Notes under the pieces: generated by a model
Databases searched by the model: none
Seen by the model: only the letters and a program-made list of their open reading frames with translations
What the model was told of the DNA's origin: nothing
Made by a program: the position numbers and the translations under genes
Shown here: positions 54,901 to 61,880 of the stretch, in pieces
Layout of the letters: every line of letters begins with the position of its first letter
Position numbering within the stretch: position 1 is the first letter of the stretch
Assembly: GCF_037042905.1 (NCBI RefSeq)
Contig: NC_087254.1
Coordinates: 11,284,001-11,348,000, forward strand
Length of the DNA stretch: 64,000 nucleotides
Origin: Lytechinus pictus
Lineage: Eukaryota
Direction of reading: 5' to 3'

Positions 54901-57900
54901 GACAGCCGATGAGAAAGCCGATGACCTCATCTCCGCACTGTTTCTCTTGTATTTTGAAATATCAATTGCCATTTTTATGAATTTTATAATAAAGCAATTC
55001 TTGGGTGAATCATAGTGAGTTATACTGGGGTCAAACCATGTTCGTACTATTGGAGACATAAGGTGACATATAATTTTTCATATTTTATATGATCATGGTA
55101 TAGTGAGTATGTGATACAGTGGCGTACCTAGGATTTTTCACAGGGGGGCAAATTCATCCGCCCAAAAAAAAGGTCTTCAACCACAAATAAAGGATTTCGT
55201 ACCAGAAAAAAAATTGACAAGCAAAAAAAAAAAAAAAAAAGGTCTTCGAGACTCGTCAGGGGGGCAGGGATATGTCCCTTGCATGGGTTGTGACTCGTCT
55301 GCCCCCCGTAGGTACGCTAGTGGCGTGATATCATCGATTTCGTAATTTCCCTACAGCATTTTGTTTTCGTCCTATACATTGCCATAATGTCTTAGAATTC
55401 TCACATCTGTCATGGGGGGGGGGGGGGGTGGCTGGGGTGAGTGGGCAGTAATTTGTATAAGATGTCTGCTATAATTTTTTTCTGTGATTTTGCTGGACTA
55501 CTTACTTTATATTTATTTGAAGTCATGTCATTTTATTTGTATCTTGTGTATACATTTATGTTTGATTGTGCTTTTAAAAAAACGAATAAAGAAGCTATTA
55601 TCATCATCATCATCATAATTATTATTATTACTGTTGTTGTTATTATCATCATTATAATTATTATATGTTAAGTATGAAACCTTTTCATAGATTAAGCGAA
55701 AATTAAAGGCGAAGTTCACCCTGACAAAAAGTTTATTATAAAAATAGCAGAAAAATTATAAAGAAATATTGCCGAAGCTTTGAGAAAAATTCATCAAAGA
55801 ATAAAACAAAAATCATTAGAATTTTAATTAGTTGATTTGTGACGTCAGACGCGAGCAGCTTTCCTACATATCGTATGGTAAAAAATCAATGAAATGTAAT
55901 TTTCTCATAAAGAGGAAAACAAGTTTTACTGTACCTTCAATATTATTATTATTATTATATTATTATCATTTTATATCAATAGATAAATAATTTCACACCC
56001 CTTACTAAAAAGAAAACAAACATAAGTCATGACAAATCTCCTACCCCAATTATTGATACTGTGCCTTGACAAATCTCCTTGACAAATCCCCTTACTAAAA
56101 AGAAAACAAACATAAGCCTTGACAAATCTCCTACCCCAATTATTGATACTGTGTTCCTTGATTTTAGTAAGGCCTTCGACCGCATGCCCCACGACATTCT
56201 TCTTAATAAGCTCTCTGAGAATTACAATATACAAGGTAGTCTGTGGAATTGGATAAAGTCGTTTGTATCTAATCGTTACCAGGTTGTGCAATACCGTGGT
56301 TCTTGCTCAGATCCTGCAATTGTTTCTTCTGGTATACCCCAAGGAAGTGTCCTGGGTCCGAGATTGTTTAATATGTTTATCAATGATCTAGTAAGAGTTG
56401 TCCAATCACATTGCCTGCTTTTTGCAGATGACACATTGATATATAGATTGATTAGAGACCCAGTTGAGACCAGATTCCTTCAGGAGGATCTAGATAGGGT
56501 TGTATCATGGTGTAGTCTTAACAAGATGCAGTTGAATGCCAGTAAAACCAAAGCTATGAGAATTGCTCCTCGTAAAAAGAATGTTGGTAACACTAGTTAC
56601 ATGATAGATGATGAGGTAATTGAACAGGTCAGTTGTATCAAGTACTTAGGGGTATTTCTCAATTCCCAGTTGAATTGGGATGACCATGTTAATCATGTTG
56701 TTTCAAGGTGTAACCGTATGCTCGGGCTCCTAACCCGTATGTCGGCTGGCCTCTCTTCACGAGCGCTTCTGACATTATACAAGTCACTTGTGTTGCCCAT
56801 CCTTGATTACGGAGTGCCAGCTTGGATGGTCTATACTCAGAATCATATTGATATGCTTGAGCACATTCAGAGAAGGGCAACACGAATGATTCTCAGACAG
56901 CGACGTCAAGAGATGCCATATGACCAACGTTTGCGATTATTAAAATGGCATACGCTAAAATCTCGGAGGATTTTCTTAATGGTGTCCTTTTTTGTTAAAT
57001 TGTTGTATGGTTTGATCGTTTGCGAAGTCGCAAGGGATAATATTGTAATACGTGTAAGGCGTTCTGACGTAGATGTTAGATTTGTACACCTAAAGGCAAG
57101 AACAGAGAGACTCCATCAGACTGCAATTCACAGATATCCCATAGTATGGGAAGCCCTGCCCTCTGAAAGCAGAGTTGAAATAGTCTCAGGAAACATTAAT
57201 CATGTTCTGTGTGTCCTCAAGAGGGATATCCTTAAGTTCCAGTTAGATTAAAATATAAATTAGAATATGTCTAAAGATCCACAACACATTATCAAGTTTC
57301 TTTTTAATTTTCTAAACTGTGTCCAATTTATTATTTCTTTATATCTTTTATCTCATTCGTTGTAAAGTTATTTATTTCCACTGTTGGCTCAATTATATTT
57401 AACCAAATATTTGTTCCTCCTGTTTTCTTTGGTTAAGTCAAACATAAGTTGGTTCCCTTTTTTTTTGTGCAACCTACCTGTCTTGTACTATTATGTTATT
57501 CTATTTTGTAACTCTATTATGTAATGATCTTTTTTCACCCAATCAGGTGTGGGAGGGAAGGCGTGTGGGCCATGGCCATTAAGTTGACCTATTCCCTACC
57601 CAGGCTACCTGGTTGGGTGAGAAAGGGTCTAACAATTATTTGTATTTTTTTAATTTTGCATTGTACATGCTGTTTTGTTTTTGATGAAGTGCCGAATAAA
57701 ATAATAATAATAATAATAATAAGTCATCACAAACATAACATACTGGGTACCTGCTCATTCATGACGTCACAAGTCCAAAACTTTAAATTCTAATAACTTT
57801 TTTATCAAAATCTTTTATGGATTTTCAAACTTTTCTATAGGGTGAACTTCCCCTTTAAACATATTATAACTTTCCTATTAACATACGATTTGATGAAATT

Positions 57901-60370
57901 ACAGCATCTTACTTGCTTGAATTTTGTTTCTCTCCTTTCTATTCAAATTGTAAAGGTCACTTCAAATGTCGAGAAATGGCAAATTTACATTCATATTTTA
58001 GAACACAGTTCCAATTTGCAACGTACTGTCTGAATTACATCTGATCTAACGGATGCTAGTTTGTCAGTTGGTGATCATAAACAATTGGCGTGTTTATCTT
58101 TACATTTTTATATCTGTACACAACTAAAAGTTATTTGTAATCGTCAATTTCACTGACCCATACAGGAACGAGGGAGACAACTTAGCGGGGTGTCTAAGTT
58201 GGAGTGAAACTCCAGCGTCAAAAGGGATGTTAAATGAAAATAAAACGTTCTTTTTTATTATTCAAAATTGATTTGACAGTTTCAAACCCCTCTCTCTCTC
58301 GGGTCTTTAGTTAACAAACTCTACACCTATTTTCTTCTCATTTGGGACCCCCTTTTTATCATCCCTATCAGATTATTCGTTATATTAAAGAAATAAATGA
58401 TGAAACAAGAATTTAAAGCAAATCTTAATGTTTCTTGTGAGATTGTGTGTGTGTGATTGTCGAGCAAGATCAATATCAGCGGCGTAATGACCAAAAAATA
58501 AATGGAGATGGTCACAACATAGTGCGCGGGGAAGGCGTAAATAAAATCGCGAGCGAGCGAAAATGTTGGCATTTTTTAAATAAAAAGCGAAGTTTGCGAT
58601 AGATTTTTTACATGGTATCAAAAATATATATCATATTTTTTACATTTTCCAATTCATTTTATTTTTTTATTTTTTTTTTGGAAACTATTTTAGGGAGGGG
58701 TGGTGATAATCGCGAATGGTTACAATTATCCGAACATGGATTGATCAAGCCTAAAATCTATAAGAATTCTTATTTGATTATTAAATGTTTTGTTTGATTT
58801 ATAATAACTGGATGCTTTACATATGTCTGTATTGTGACACAAAATCATTGTTATTAGATGATCAAGCTAATAACATTTTCTAAACTATGTTCTTCTTCTT
58901 TCTTTTCTTTTTTTGTGTGCAAAACCACGCAATGTGCATATATAATGTTTTTCACATTACTATCTAATATTAACATATAAGTGTGGCAAACTTGATTAAT
59001 GCTGGTCATTGTTATTTTGTGGTCATCATTTGCCAGAGATATCACGTGATTGTTTAAACAATGACAATATTGTCATATGTATAATTTGGGTAATAAAGTT
59101 TGCAACTTCAATAAATTCACCATGAAAATTGTATTAGGGTAGACCTACTGAATGGAATAGTTTGGAATTTGGTTGTTAGGGCTCATTGCTTTATCTTGAA
59201 AAATCAATTTCACTCTTGGACTATGTCCTTGTTGGAAATTGTTATGGATCGGTGAATATTATGGTCCATTTGAAAGCAGCCAATGCCACTCTGACTTTGT
59301 TTTGAAGGCCTGTCATTTTACTTTCAAATCCATTTCACTGGGCAATCAAAATTGTTCATTATTGAATATGCCCAATAACCACAAAGCCTCTAGCGTACCT
59401 ACGGGGGGGGGGGCAGAGGGGCAGTCTGCCCCCCCCCCCTGACGAGCCACCACCTATGCAAAGCCACCACCCATGCATGTATCCCTGCCCCCCTGACGAG
59501 CTTGAAAGACCTTTTTGCCCCCCCCCCTGACGAAAATCCTGGAAAATCCTAGGTACGCCAGTGCACAAAGCACATGATTATATGACGGCTTCGAGTGAAG
59601 GACAAAGAAATATTTATTCAATTTCCTTTCTTCTTAGCTGCCTAAAATGGTCCTATCGATGTCTTGCCTTCTGAAATAAATCATGTTCTTGTTAATGTAT
59701 ATAGTCTGCCGAGTTCCGTAAAAACGCTTTTTATACGATAGTGATCGCACATTGTTTGATATAAAAAATATATATATACATTGCACATTTAAACAGCAAT
59801 GTTAGTACCGAGTGTTTATCCTTAAATGTTGGATATTGTTCAACTTTGAAACCATTTGTTGAACTTCATGATTATAGTAAAACAGGCTGTATGAAAATTA
59901 TAAATTTTCTTCAATTTTGTTTTTGCTGTGTTTTTACTGTATAGAATACTTATGTGGAAAGAAATTAATCTGATAATGCATTGTGACTGTACAAATGAAT
60001 GTTGATGATAACAGATTTTTAATAGCAACGCATGGGACAATGAAGCACTGGCAACAACCGATAAAGATATATGTTTTTATTAAATTGTCCTTCTACTCTT
60101 CTATAAATAAAATAGTTAGGTGTCAAACCTGTTTAATCAAAAGTGAATAATTATCATGTCTTGCTCTTTTCTAATGAAACTGAATAACGGAGGGATCATG
60201 AGAAGATAAATATATAGGCCTATGTTACAAAAATAAATATGATCGACAATTTTCTTACCTTCTTGGGCTATCGCATCATGCACTGACAATGACAGGATGA
60301 TAATAATTACCAAAGATCGTCTCCCTACGATGGCTCCAAGATGATTTGATTTAAATCCGTTCATCACCAT
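4456..60370 (-). CDS. Multi-exon fibropellin-like extracellular protein gene (signal peptide, EGF, CUB, at least 36 Cys-rich EGF repeats); 3'-incomplete, 39 exons in window
   Basis: The start exon ends at a GT donor and the 38 internal exons are AG..GT (one AG..GC). All introns are phase 1 and the exons join into one open frame of 5005 nt. The signal-EGF-CUB-EGFn order matches sea urchin fibropellins. No stop codon or terminal domain lies within the window. Confidence 0.9.
4710..4894. mobile_element. Small MITE with 12-bp TIR CAGGGGTGTGAG
   Basis: caggggtgtgag ... ctcacacccctg, internal ctgaaa repeats, ataaca on both flanks. Confidence 0.75.
5668..5790 (-). CDS. Exon 38: 8-Cys EGF ([39 protein letters not shown])
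   Basis: cag/gtatgt, 123 nt. Confidence 0.9.
6225..6341 (-). CDS. Exon 37: 8-Cys EGF ([37 protein letters not shown])
   Basis: tag/gtaagt, 117 nt. Confidence 0.9.
6659..6781 (-). CDS. Exon 36: 8-Cys EGF ([39 protein letters not shown])
   Basis: cag/gtaagt, 123 nt. Confidence 0.9.
7722..7844 (-). CDS. Exon 35: 8-Cys EGF with GC donor ([39 protein letters not shown])
   Basis: cag acceptor; donor AAG|GCAAGT gives the standard 123 nt and phase 1. Confidence 0.87.
8389..8511 (-). CDS. Exon 34: 8-Cys EGF ([39 protein letters not shown])
   Basis: tag/gtaagc, 123 nt. Confidence 0.9.
8653..9930 (+). mobile_element. Degenerate Penelope-like retroelement (RT C-terminus and GIY-YIG endonuclease region)
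   Basis: Frameshifted segments [65 protein letters not shown], typical of Penelope ORFs. Confidence 0.85.
10166..10913. mobile_element. Non-autonomous piggyBac-like element
   Basis: TTAA on both sides; imperfect TIR CCCTAAACAGGCCGGG versus CCCGAACTAGGCCGGG (reverse complement of right end). Confidence 0.8.
10931..11053 (-). CDS. Exon 33: 8-Cys EGF ([39 protein letters not shown])
   Basis: tag/gtaaga, 123 nt. Confidence 0.9.
11519..11641 (-). CDS. Exon 32: 8-Cys EGF ([39 protein letters not shown])
   Basis: tag/gtaagt, 123 nt. Confidence 0.9.
12497..12619 (-). CDS. Exon 31: 8-Cys EGF ([39 protein letters not shown])
   Basis: cag/gtaagt, 123 nt. Confidence 0.9.
13222..13344 (-). CDS. Exon 30: 8-Cys EGF ([39 protein letters not shown])
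   Basis: cag/gtaagt, 123 nt. Confidence 0.9.
13705..13827 (-). CDS. Exon 29: 8-Cys EGF ([39 protein letters not shown])
   Basis: cag/gtaagt, 123 nt. Confidence 0.9.
16226..18807 (+). pseudogene. Myb/SANT-like DNA-binding accessory gene of the transposon, disrupted
   Basis: [59 protein letters not shown]; donor after 17002, acceptor at 18408; coiled-coil and polyQ C-terminus; internal duplication, stops and frameshifts. Confidence 0.8.
19021..20170. mobile_element. Non-autonomous Helitron/Helentron-like (HINE-type) element with internal tandem array
   Basis: Left end ACTAG; right end hairpin tgtctcgc..gcgagaca followed by an A-run; TGACCTTTGACC-rich internal repeats. Confidence 0.65.
19042..20100. 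repeat. 154-bp tandem repeat, about 6.9 copies
   Basis: Unit starts at 19042, 19196, 19350, 19502, 19656, 19810 and 19964. Confidence 0.97.
22367..22993. mobile_element. Foldback/MITE-like element with short subterminal repeats and a nested MITE (22599-22820)
   Basis: Left arm ttggtcta/ttcgtcta repeats, right arm tagaccaa/tagacgaa repeats; nested piece bounded by gggtgtgtagcaagaaa / tttcttacaacgcccc with TTA/TAA flanks. Confidence 0.6.
23605..23783 (-). pseudogene. First exon of a Harbinger/ISL2EU-type transposase; catalytic DDE exons not found
   Basis: [50 protein letters not shown] followed by a GT donor; resembles the N-terminus of invertebrate HARBI1-like transposases (recognised from memory, not searched). 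Confidence 0.65.
24572..24694 (-). CDS. Exon 28: 8-Cys EGF ([39 protein letters not shown])
   Basis: cag/gtaaac, 123 nt; followed by the 10.7 kb transposon-filled intron. Confidence 0.9.
25032..25154 (-). CDS. Exon 27: 8-Cys EGF ([39 protein letters not shown])
   Basis: cag/gtaagc, 123 nt. Confidence 0.9.
25618..25758. mobile_element. MITE of the same family as 4118-4292, opposite orientation
   Basis: Same TIR gtttcataaagctgtt..taagttaag; CAG and CTG flanks. Confidence 0.8.
26583..26699 (-). CDS. Exon 26: 8-Cys EGF ([37 protein letters not shown])
   Basis: cag/gtaagt, 117 nt. Confidence 0.9.
27190..27408 (-). mobile_element. tRNA-derived SINE, degenerate
   Basis: Reverse strand begins GGAGCGTTGTGGCCC, as in the 35809 copy; (AAT)-type tail. 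Confidence 0.65.
27465..27593 (-). CDS. Exon 25: 8-Cys EGF ([41 protein letters not shown])
   Basis: cag/gtaagt, 129 nt. Confidence 0.9.
28140..28265 (-). CDS. Exon 24: 8-Cys EGF ([40 protein letters not shown])
   Basis: cag/gtaaat, 126 nt. Confidence 0.9.
28510..28850 (+). mobile_element. tRNA-derived SINE, 5'-eroded
   Basis: B-box-like ggtcgtgggtttgagtcc, body, aataataataat tail. Confidence 0.55.
29004..29126 (-). CDS. Exon 23: 8-Cys EGF ([39 protein letters not shown])
   Basis: cag/gtgagt, 123 nt. Confidence 0.9.
30117..30239 (-). CDS. Exon 22: 8-Cys EGF ([39 protein letters not shown])
   Basis: tag/gtatat, 123 nt. Confidence 0.9.
30463..31398. mobile_element. Non-autonomous Kolobok-like DNA transposon
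   Basis: TTAA on both flanks; perfect 16-bp TIR GGACGTTCCACAGTTA. Confidence 0.88.
31769..31891 (-). CDS. Exon 21: 8-Cys EGF ([39 protein letters not shown])
   Basis: tag/gtaatg, 123 nt. Confidence 0.9.
32491..32607 (-). CDS. Exon 20: 8-Cys EGF ([37 protein letters not shown])
   Basis: cag/gtgagt, 117 nt. Confidence 0.9.
33276..33398 (-). CDS. Exon 19: 8-Cys EGF ([39 protein letters not shown])
   Basis: tag/gtaagt, 123 nt. Confidence 0.9.
34051..34652. mobile_element. Non-autonomous Kolobok-like DNA transposon
   Basis: TTAA flanks; TIR AGGGATGGTCC(G/A)GGCTG. Confidence 0.88.
35338..35460 (-). CDS. Exon 18: 8-Cys EGF ([39 protein letters not shown])
   Basis: cag/gtaagt, 123 nt. Confidence 0.9.
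35809..36100 (+). mobile_element. tRNA-derived SINE
   Basis: A box tggcccagtgg, B box gggtttgaatcc, body shared with the 44796 copy, (TAT)n tail. Confidence 0.8.
36481..36597 (-). CDS. Exon 17: 8-Cys EGF ([37 protein letters not shown])
   Basis: cag/gtgagt, 117 nt. Confidence 0.9.
37270..37386 (-). CDS. Exon 16: 8-Cys EGF ([37 protein letters not shown])
   Basis: tag/gtatgc, 117 nt. Confidence 0.9.
37892..38014 (-). CDS. Exon 15: 8-Cys EGF ([39 protein letters not shown])
   Basis: cag/gtgagt, 123 nt. Confidence 0.9.
38371..38493 (-). CDS. Exon 14: 8-Cys EGF ([39 protein letters not shown])
   Basis: cag/gtacct (weak donor), 123 nt. Confidence 0.87.
39001..39117 (-). CDS. Exon 13: 8-Cys EGF ([37 protein letters not shown])
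   Basis: cag/gtgagt, 117 nt. Confidence 0.9.
40502..40624 (-). CDS. Exon 12: 8-Cys EGF ([39 protein letters not shown])
   Basis: cag/gtaagt, 123 nt. Confidence 0.9.
41290..41412 (-). CDS. Exon 11: 8-Cys EGF ([39 protein letters not shown])
   Basis: cag/gtgagt, 123 nt. Confidence 0.9.
42100..42222 (-). CDS. Exon 10: 8-Cys EGF ([39 protein letters not shown])
   Basis: tag/gtatgt, 123 nt. Confidence 0.9.
42300..42632 (+). mobile_element. Probable Penelope terminal-repeat remnant
   Basis: Begins with a 17-bp inverted duplication and a hammerhead core, followed by a CT-rich body; right boundary approximate. Confidence 0.55.
42315..42353 (+). ncRNA. Minimal type I hammerhead ribozyme motif (Penelope-associated type)
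   Basis: ctc-CTGAAGA-c-ggacag tcaac ctgccc-GAAACGTC-gag: catalytic core, stem II with one mismatch, palindromic ACGT stem III, 3-bp stem I. Confidence 0.72.
43217..43348 (-). pseudogene. Dead tandem copy of exon 9 with flanks
   Basis: 43245-43304 matches 43445-43504 with a few substitutions; intron flanks also duplicated; both splice sites lost. Confidence 0.85.
43386..43508 (-). CDS. Exon 9: 8-Cys EGF ([39 protein letters not shown])
   Basis: cag/gtaagt, 123 nt. Confidence 0.9.
43798..43920 (-). CDS. Exon 8: 8-Cys EGF ([39 protein letters not shown])
   Basis: cag/gtaagt, 123 nt. Confidence 0.9.
44120..44356 (-). mobile_element. L2-type LINE 3' fragment
   Basis: [44 protein letters not shown], the typical L2 ORF2 C-terminus. 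Confidence 0.8.
44796..45085 (+). mobile_element. tRNA-derived SINE
   Basis: A box tggtctagtgg, B box gggtttgaatcc, shared body, (TAT)n tail. Confidence 0.8.
45146..45268 (-). CDS. Exon 7: 8-Cys EGF ([39 protein letters not shown])
   Basis: tag/gttagt, 123 nt. Confidence 0.88.
45921..46046 (-). CDS. Exon 6: 8-Cys EGF ([40 protein letters not shown])
   Basis: tag/gtaagt, 126 nt. Confidence 0.9.
47129..47251 (-). CDS. Exon 5: 8-Cys EGF ([39 protein letters not shown])
   Basis: tag/gtaagt, 123 nt. Confidence 0.9.
48259..48423. repeat. Tandem duplication, about 82 bp x2
   Basis: agagttgccaaaaatctgccacaaagtcaagaatggtttaagaaatcaata..catacactagaat occurs twice head to tail. Confidence 0.9.
48578..48697 (-). 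CDS. Exon 4: first array EGF, 7 Cys ([38 protein letters not shown])
   Basis: cag/gtaagg, 120 nt, phase 1-1. Confidence 0.9.
48945..49292 (-). mobile_element. tRNA-derived SINE
   Basis: Reverse strand GAGCCGTGGTGTAGTGG..GGTCGTGTGTTCGAATCCC, (TAT)n tail. Confidence 0.82.
49853..50224 (-). CDS. Exon 3: divergent CUB domain
   Basis: [10 protein letters not shown] ... [20 protein letters not shown] motifs; 372 nt, phase 1-1, tag acceptor and gtaaga donor. Confidence 0.88.
50475..50990. repeat. Degenerate (CAT/CAC)n low-complexity tract
   Basis: Long run of catcat/caccat; similar tracts near 51650-51870 and 54190-54300. Confidence 0.9.
53418..53643 (-). mobile_element. tRNA-derived SINE nested in the 51873-54102 element
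   Basis: Reverse strand GGCGCGATAGCTCAGTCGGTAGAGC..CCGGGTTCGATTCCC, body, (AATC)n and poly-A tail; cagatc near both ends. Confidence 0.82.
53827..53977. other. Assembly gap (151 N)
   Basis: Run of N. Confidence 1.
54336..54455 (-). CDS. Exon 2: 6-Cys EGF ([39 protein letters not shown])
   Basis: cag acceptor, gtgagt donor, 120 nt, phase 1-1. Confidence 0.85.
   Translation of the reverse strand, partial: RVLPIPAVDWGSATKDREGLLTSLVNVLILIEWDSTAWK
55117..55322. mobile_element. hAT-like MITE
   Basis: cagtggcgtaccta .. taggtacgctagtg; flanks atgtgata / gcgtgata (imperfect 8-bp duplication). Confidence 0.78.
55707..57854. mobile_element. Kolobok-like MITE interrupted by a LINE
   Basis: TTAA flanks; TIR agg(c/g)gaagttcaccct. 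Confidence 0.82.
56079..57722 (+). mobile_element. 5'-truncated CR1-group LINE (RT fragment ORF 56079-57251, 3' UTR, (AAT)n tail)
   Basis: [40 protein letters not shown] motifs; AATAAA and (AAT)n tail. Confidence 0.9.
59388..59563. mobile_element. hAT-like MITE, same family as 55117-55322, inverted
   Basis: Perfect 8-bp target duplication cacaaagc; TIR core gcgtaccta / taggtacgc. Confidence 0.85.
60259..60370 (-). CDS. Exon 1: start codon and signal peptide ([37 protein letters not shown])
   Basis: ATG, basic residues, hydrophobic core and AIA-QE cleavage-like site; donor AAG|GTAAGA; 112 nt, phase 1, compatible with exon 2. Confidence 0.8.
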
Positions 60371-61554
60371 TTTGTCTTAGATGACAATGATTCAAATCAT
60401 GATATTGATATTGATTGAAGGAAATATAACGTGTTAACACGAGAAAGATATTCCTCCCTTGTGGTGACGGTATAGAAGATTCGAAGAAGAGCGTGGGTTA
60501 ACTTTTCAATCGTTTAAGAGTTAGTATCAATGATACAAGAAAGCTCTTGCGTTTTACAAAACCATCTGACAAAAGTAGTATGTTCCTGGCAGCCGCAAAA
60601 GTAGGCCTAACATAGCAGTCATAAAAGAGTGATAATGTAATTTTCCTTGAGCGCAAGACTATGATGAAATCAATATCGATATATGTCCAATATTCTTTCC
60701 TTCACGGTTTTTTTTTTCCTCGTATCAATCAATTTCATATGGACGTAGCTGATCAGGACATTCGCCGCGCGGGTACGAAATCCTTGATGGGTTACGTGCG
60801 GGAACATATTTCAAGTGGAACCAGAAGGAAAAAAAGGTGTCAAGCAAAGCCTGTTCATGAGGGTGACGACGTTTCATTGAGATTTATTTTCATATCATCT
60901 AACGCTGAATTAGATAACAATGAACTGCATCCACTGCACACTCGATTACACATTTCGGTTTGTTATATGTTGGTTTAGATTCTCGAGCGAAGTTAGGGTT
61001 GGGTTCTGTTTACATTGATTCGTCTTCAGATTGTAGCTGTATTATTTATTATCATGACATATGGATTCATGAAGAGTTATGATGTGCAGTGGTTTTATGT
61101 CAACATTCATAATATCGCAAGCACCGACTATACTTTTTACATCTTTGAGGAGGGTCACGAGGGCGGGGCTGGCATTTATCTAGTCTATCGTGTGCCATTT
61201 CTCTTCCTTTTTAAAGTGCTTTAATTGAAGCTATTTCAACTGGTATATATATCCCACTTCTAAACTTCTGATAATTGCTATGTTGAAAGTCCTTGCATGC
61301 ACAACTGTATAACATGTACAAAGTTAGTTGAATCTATATATGACGAGTGTTCGTAATGAATTAATATTAATTTTTTTTTTAACTCCAAGTGATATCAACA
61401 TAATTTTATTCGAGGGAATACGCGTGTTTGGGTGATTTATTGTTGATATACATGCAAATTATAATATGCTTTTAATTCTAAACATCCGGTAAAGACCTAT
61501 ACTTTCATCATACAAAACATTACCTTGTAATTACCTTAATGCTTATCTTCTTCA

Positions 61555-61880
61555 TCTTACTTTTAAATATCACTATCTTCTCTGTCTGCCTTTCTTTCTC
61601 TTTCTCTCTTCCCGCTCTCTCTTTCTGTATGTGCACCCCGTCTCTCAACCTTACCTCTCTCTCTCTGAATCAGCCTTTATTTCTTCACCTCTCTCTTTCT
61701 CTTACTCAGCCTATTTTCTTTCTGTCTATATATCCATGCCTCTCTCATCATCACCTGTCTCTGTCTTTCTGTGTCTGACTCAGCCTCTCTTTCATTTTCT
61801 TTCTCCCTTTATGTCTGCCGCCTACTCTTTACCCTCCCTCCGTACTTCACAGTATATAAGCCAATGTCTCCTTTTCTTTC
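61555..61880. repeat. CT-rich low-complexity tract
   Basis: Pyrimidine-rich degenerate (CT)n. Confidence 0.8.

Noticed and set aside
4456-60370. Notch, Delta, Crumbs or a named fibropellin orthologue
   Set aside because: The N-terminal EGF-CUB, the 8-Cys pattern and the absence of calcium motifs do not fit Notch-family proteins, and the count of 36 repeats is only what fits in the window. Without the C-terminus no gene symbol is justified.
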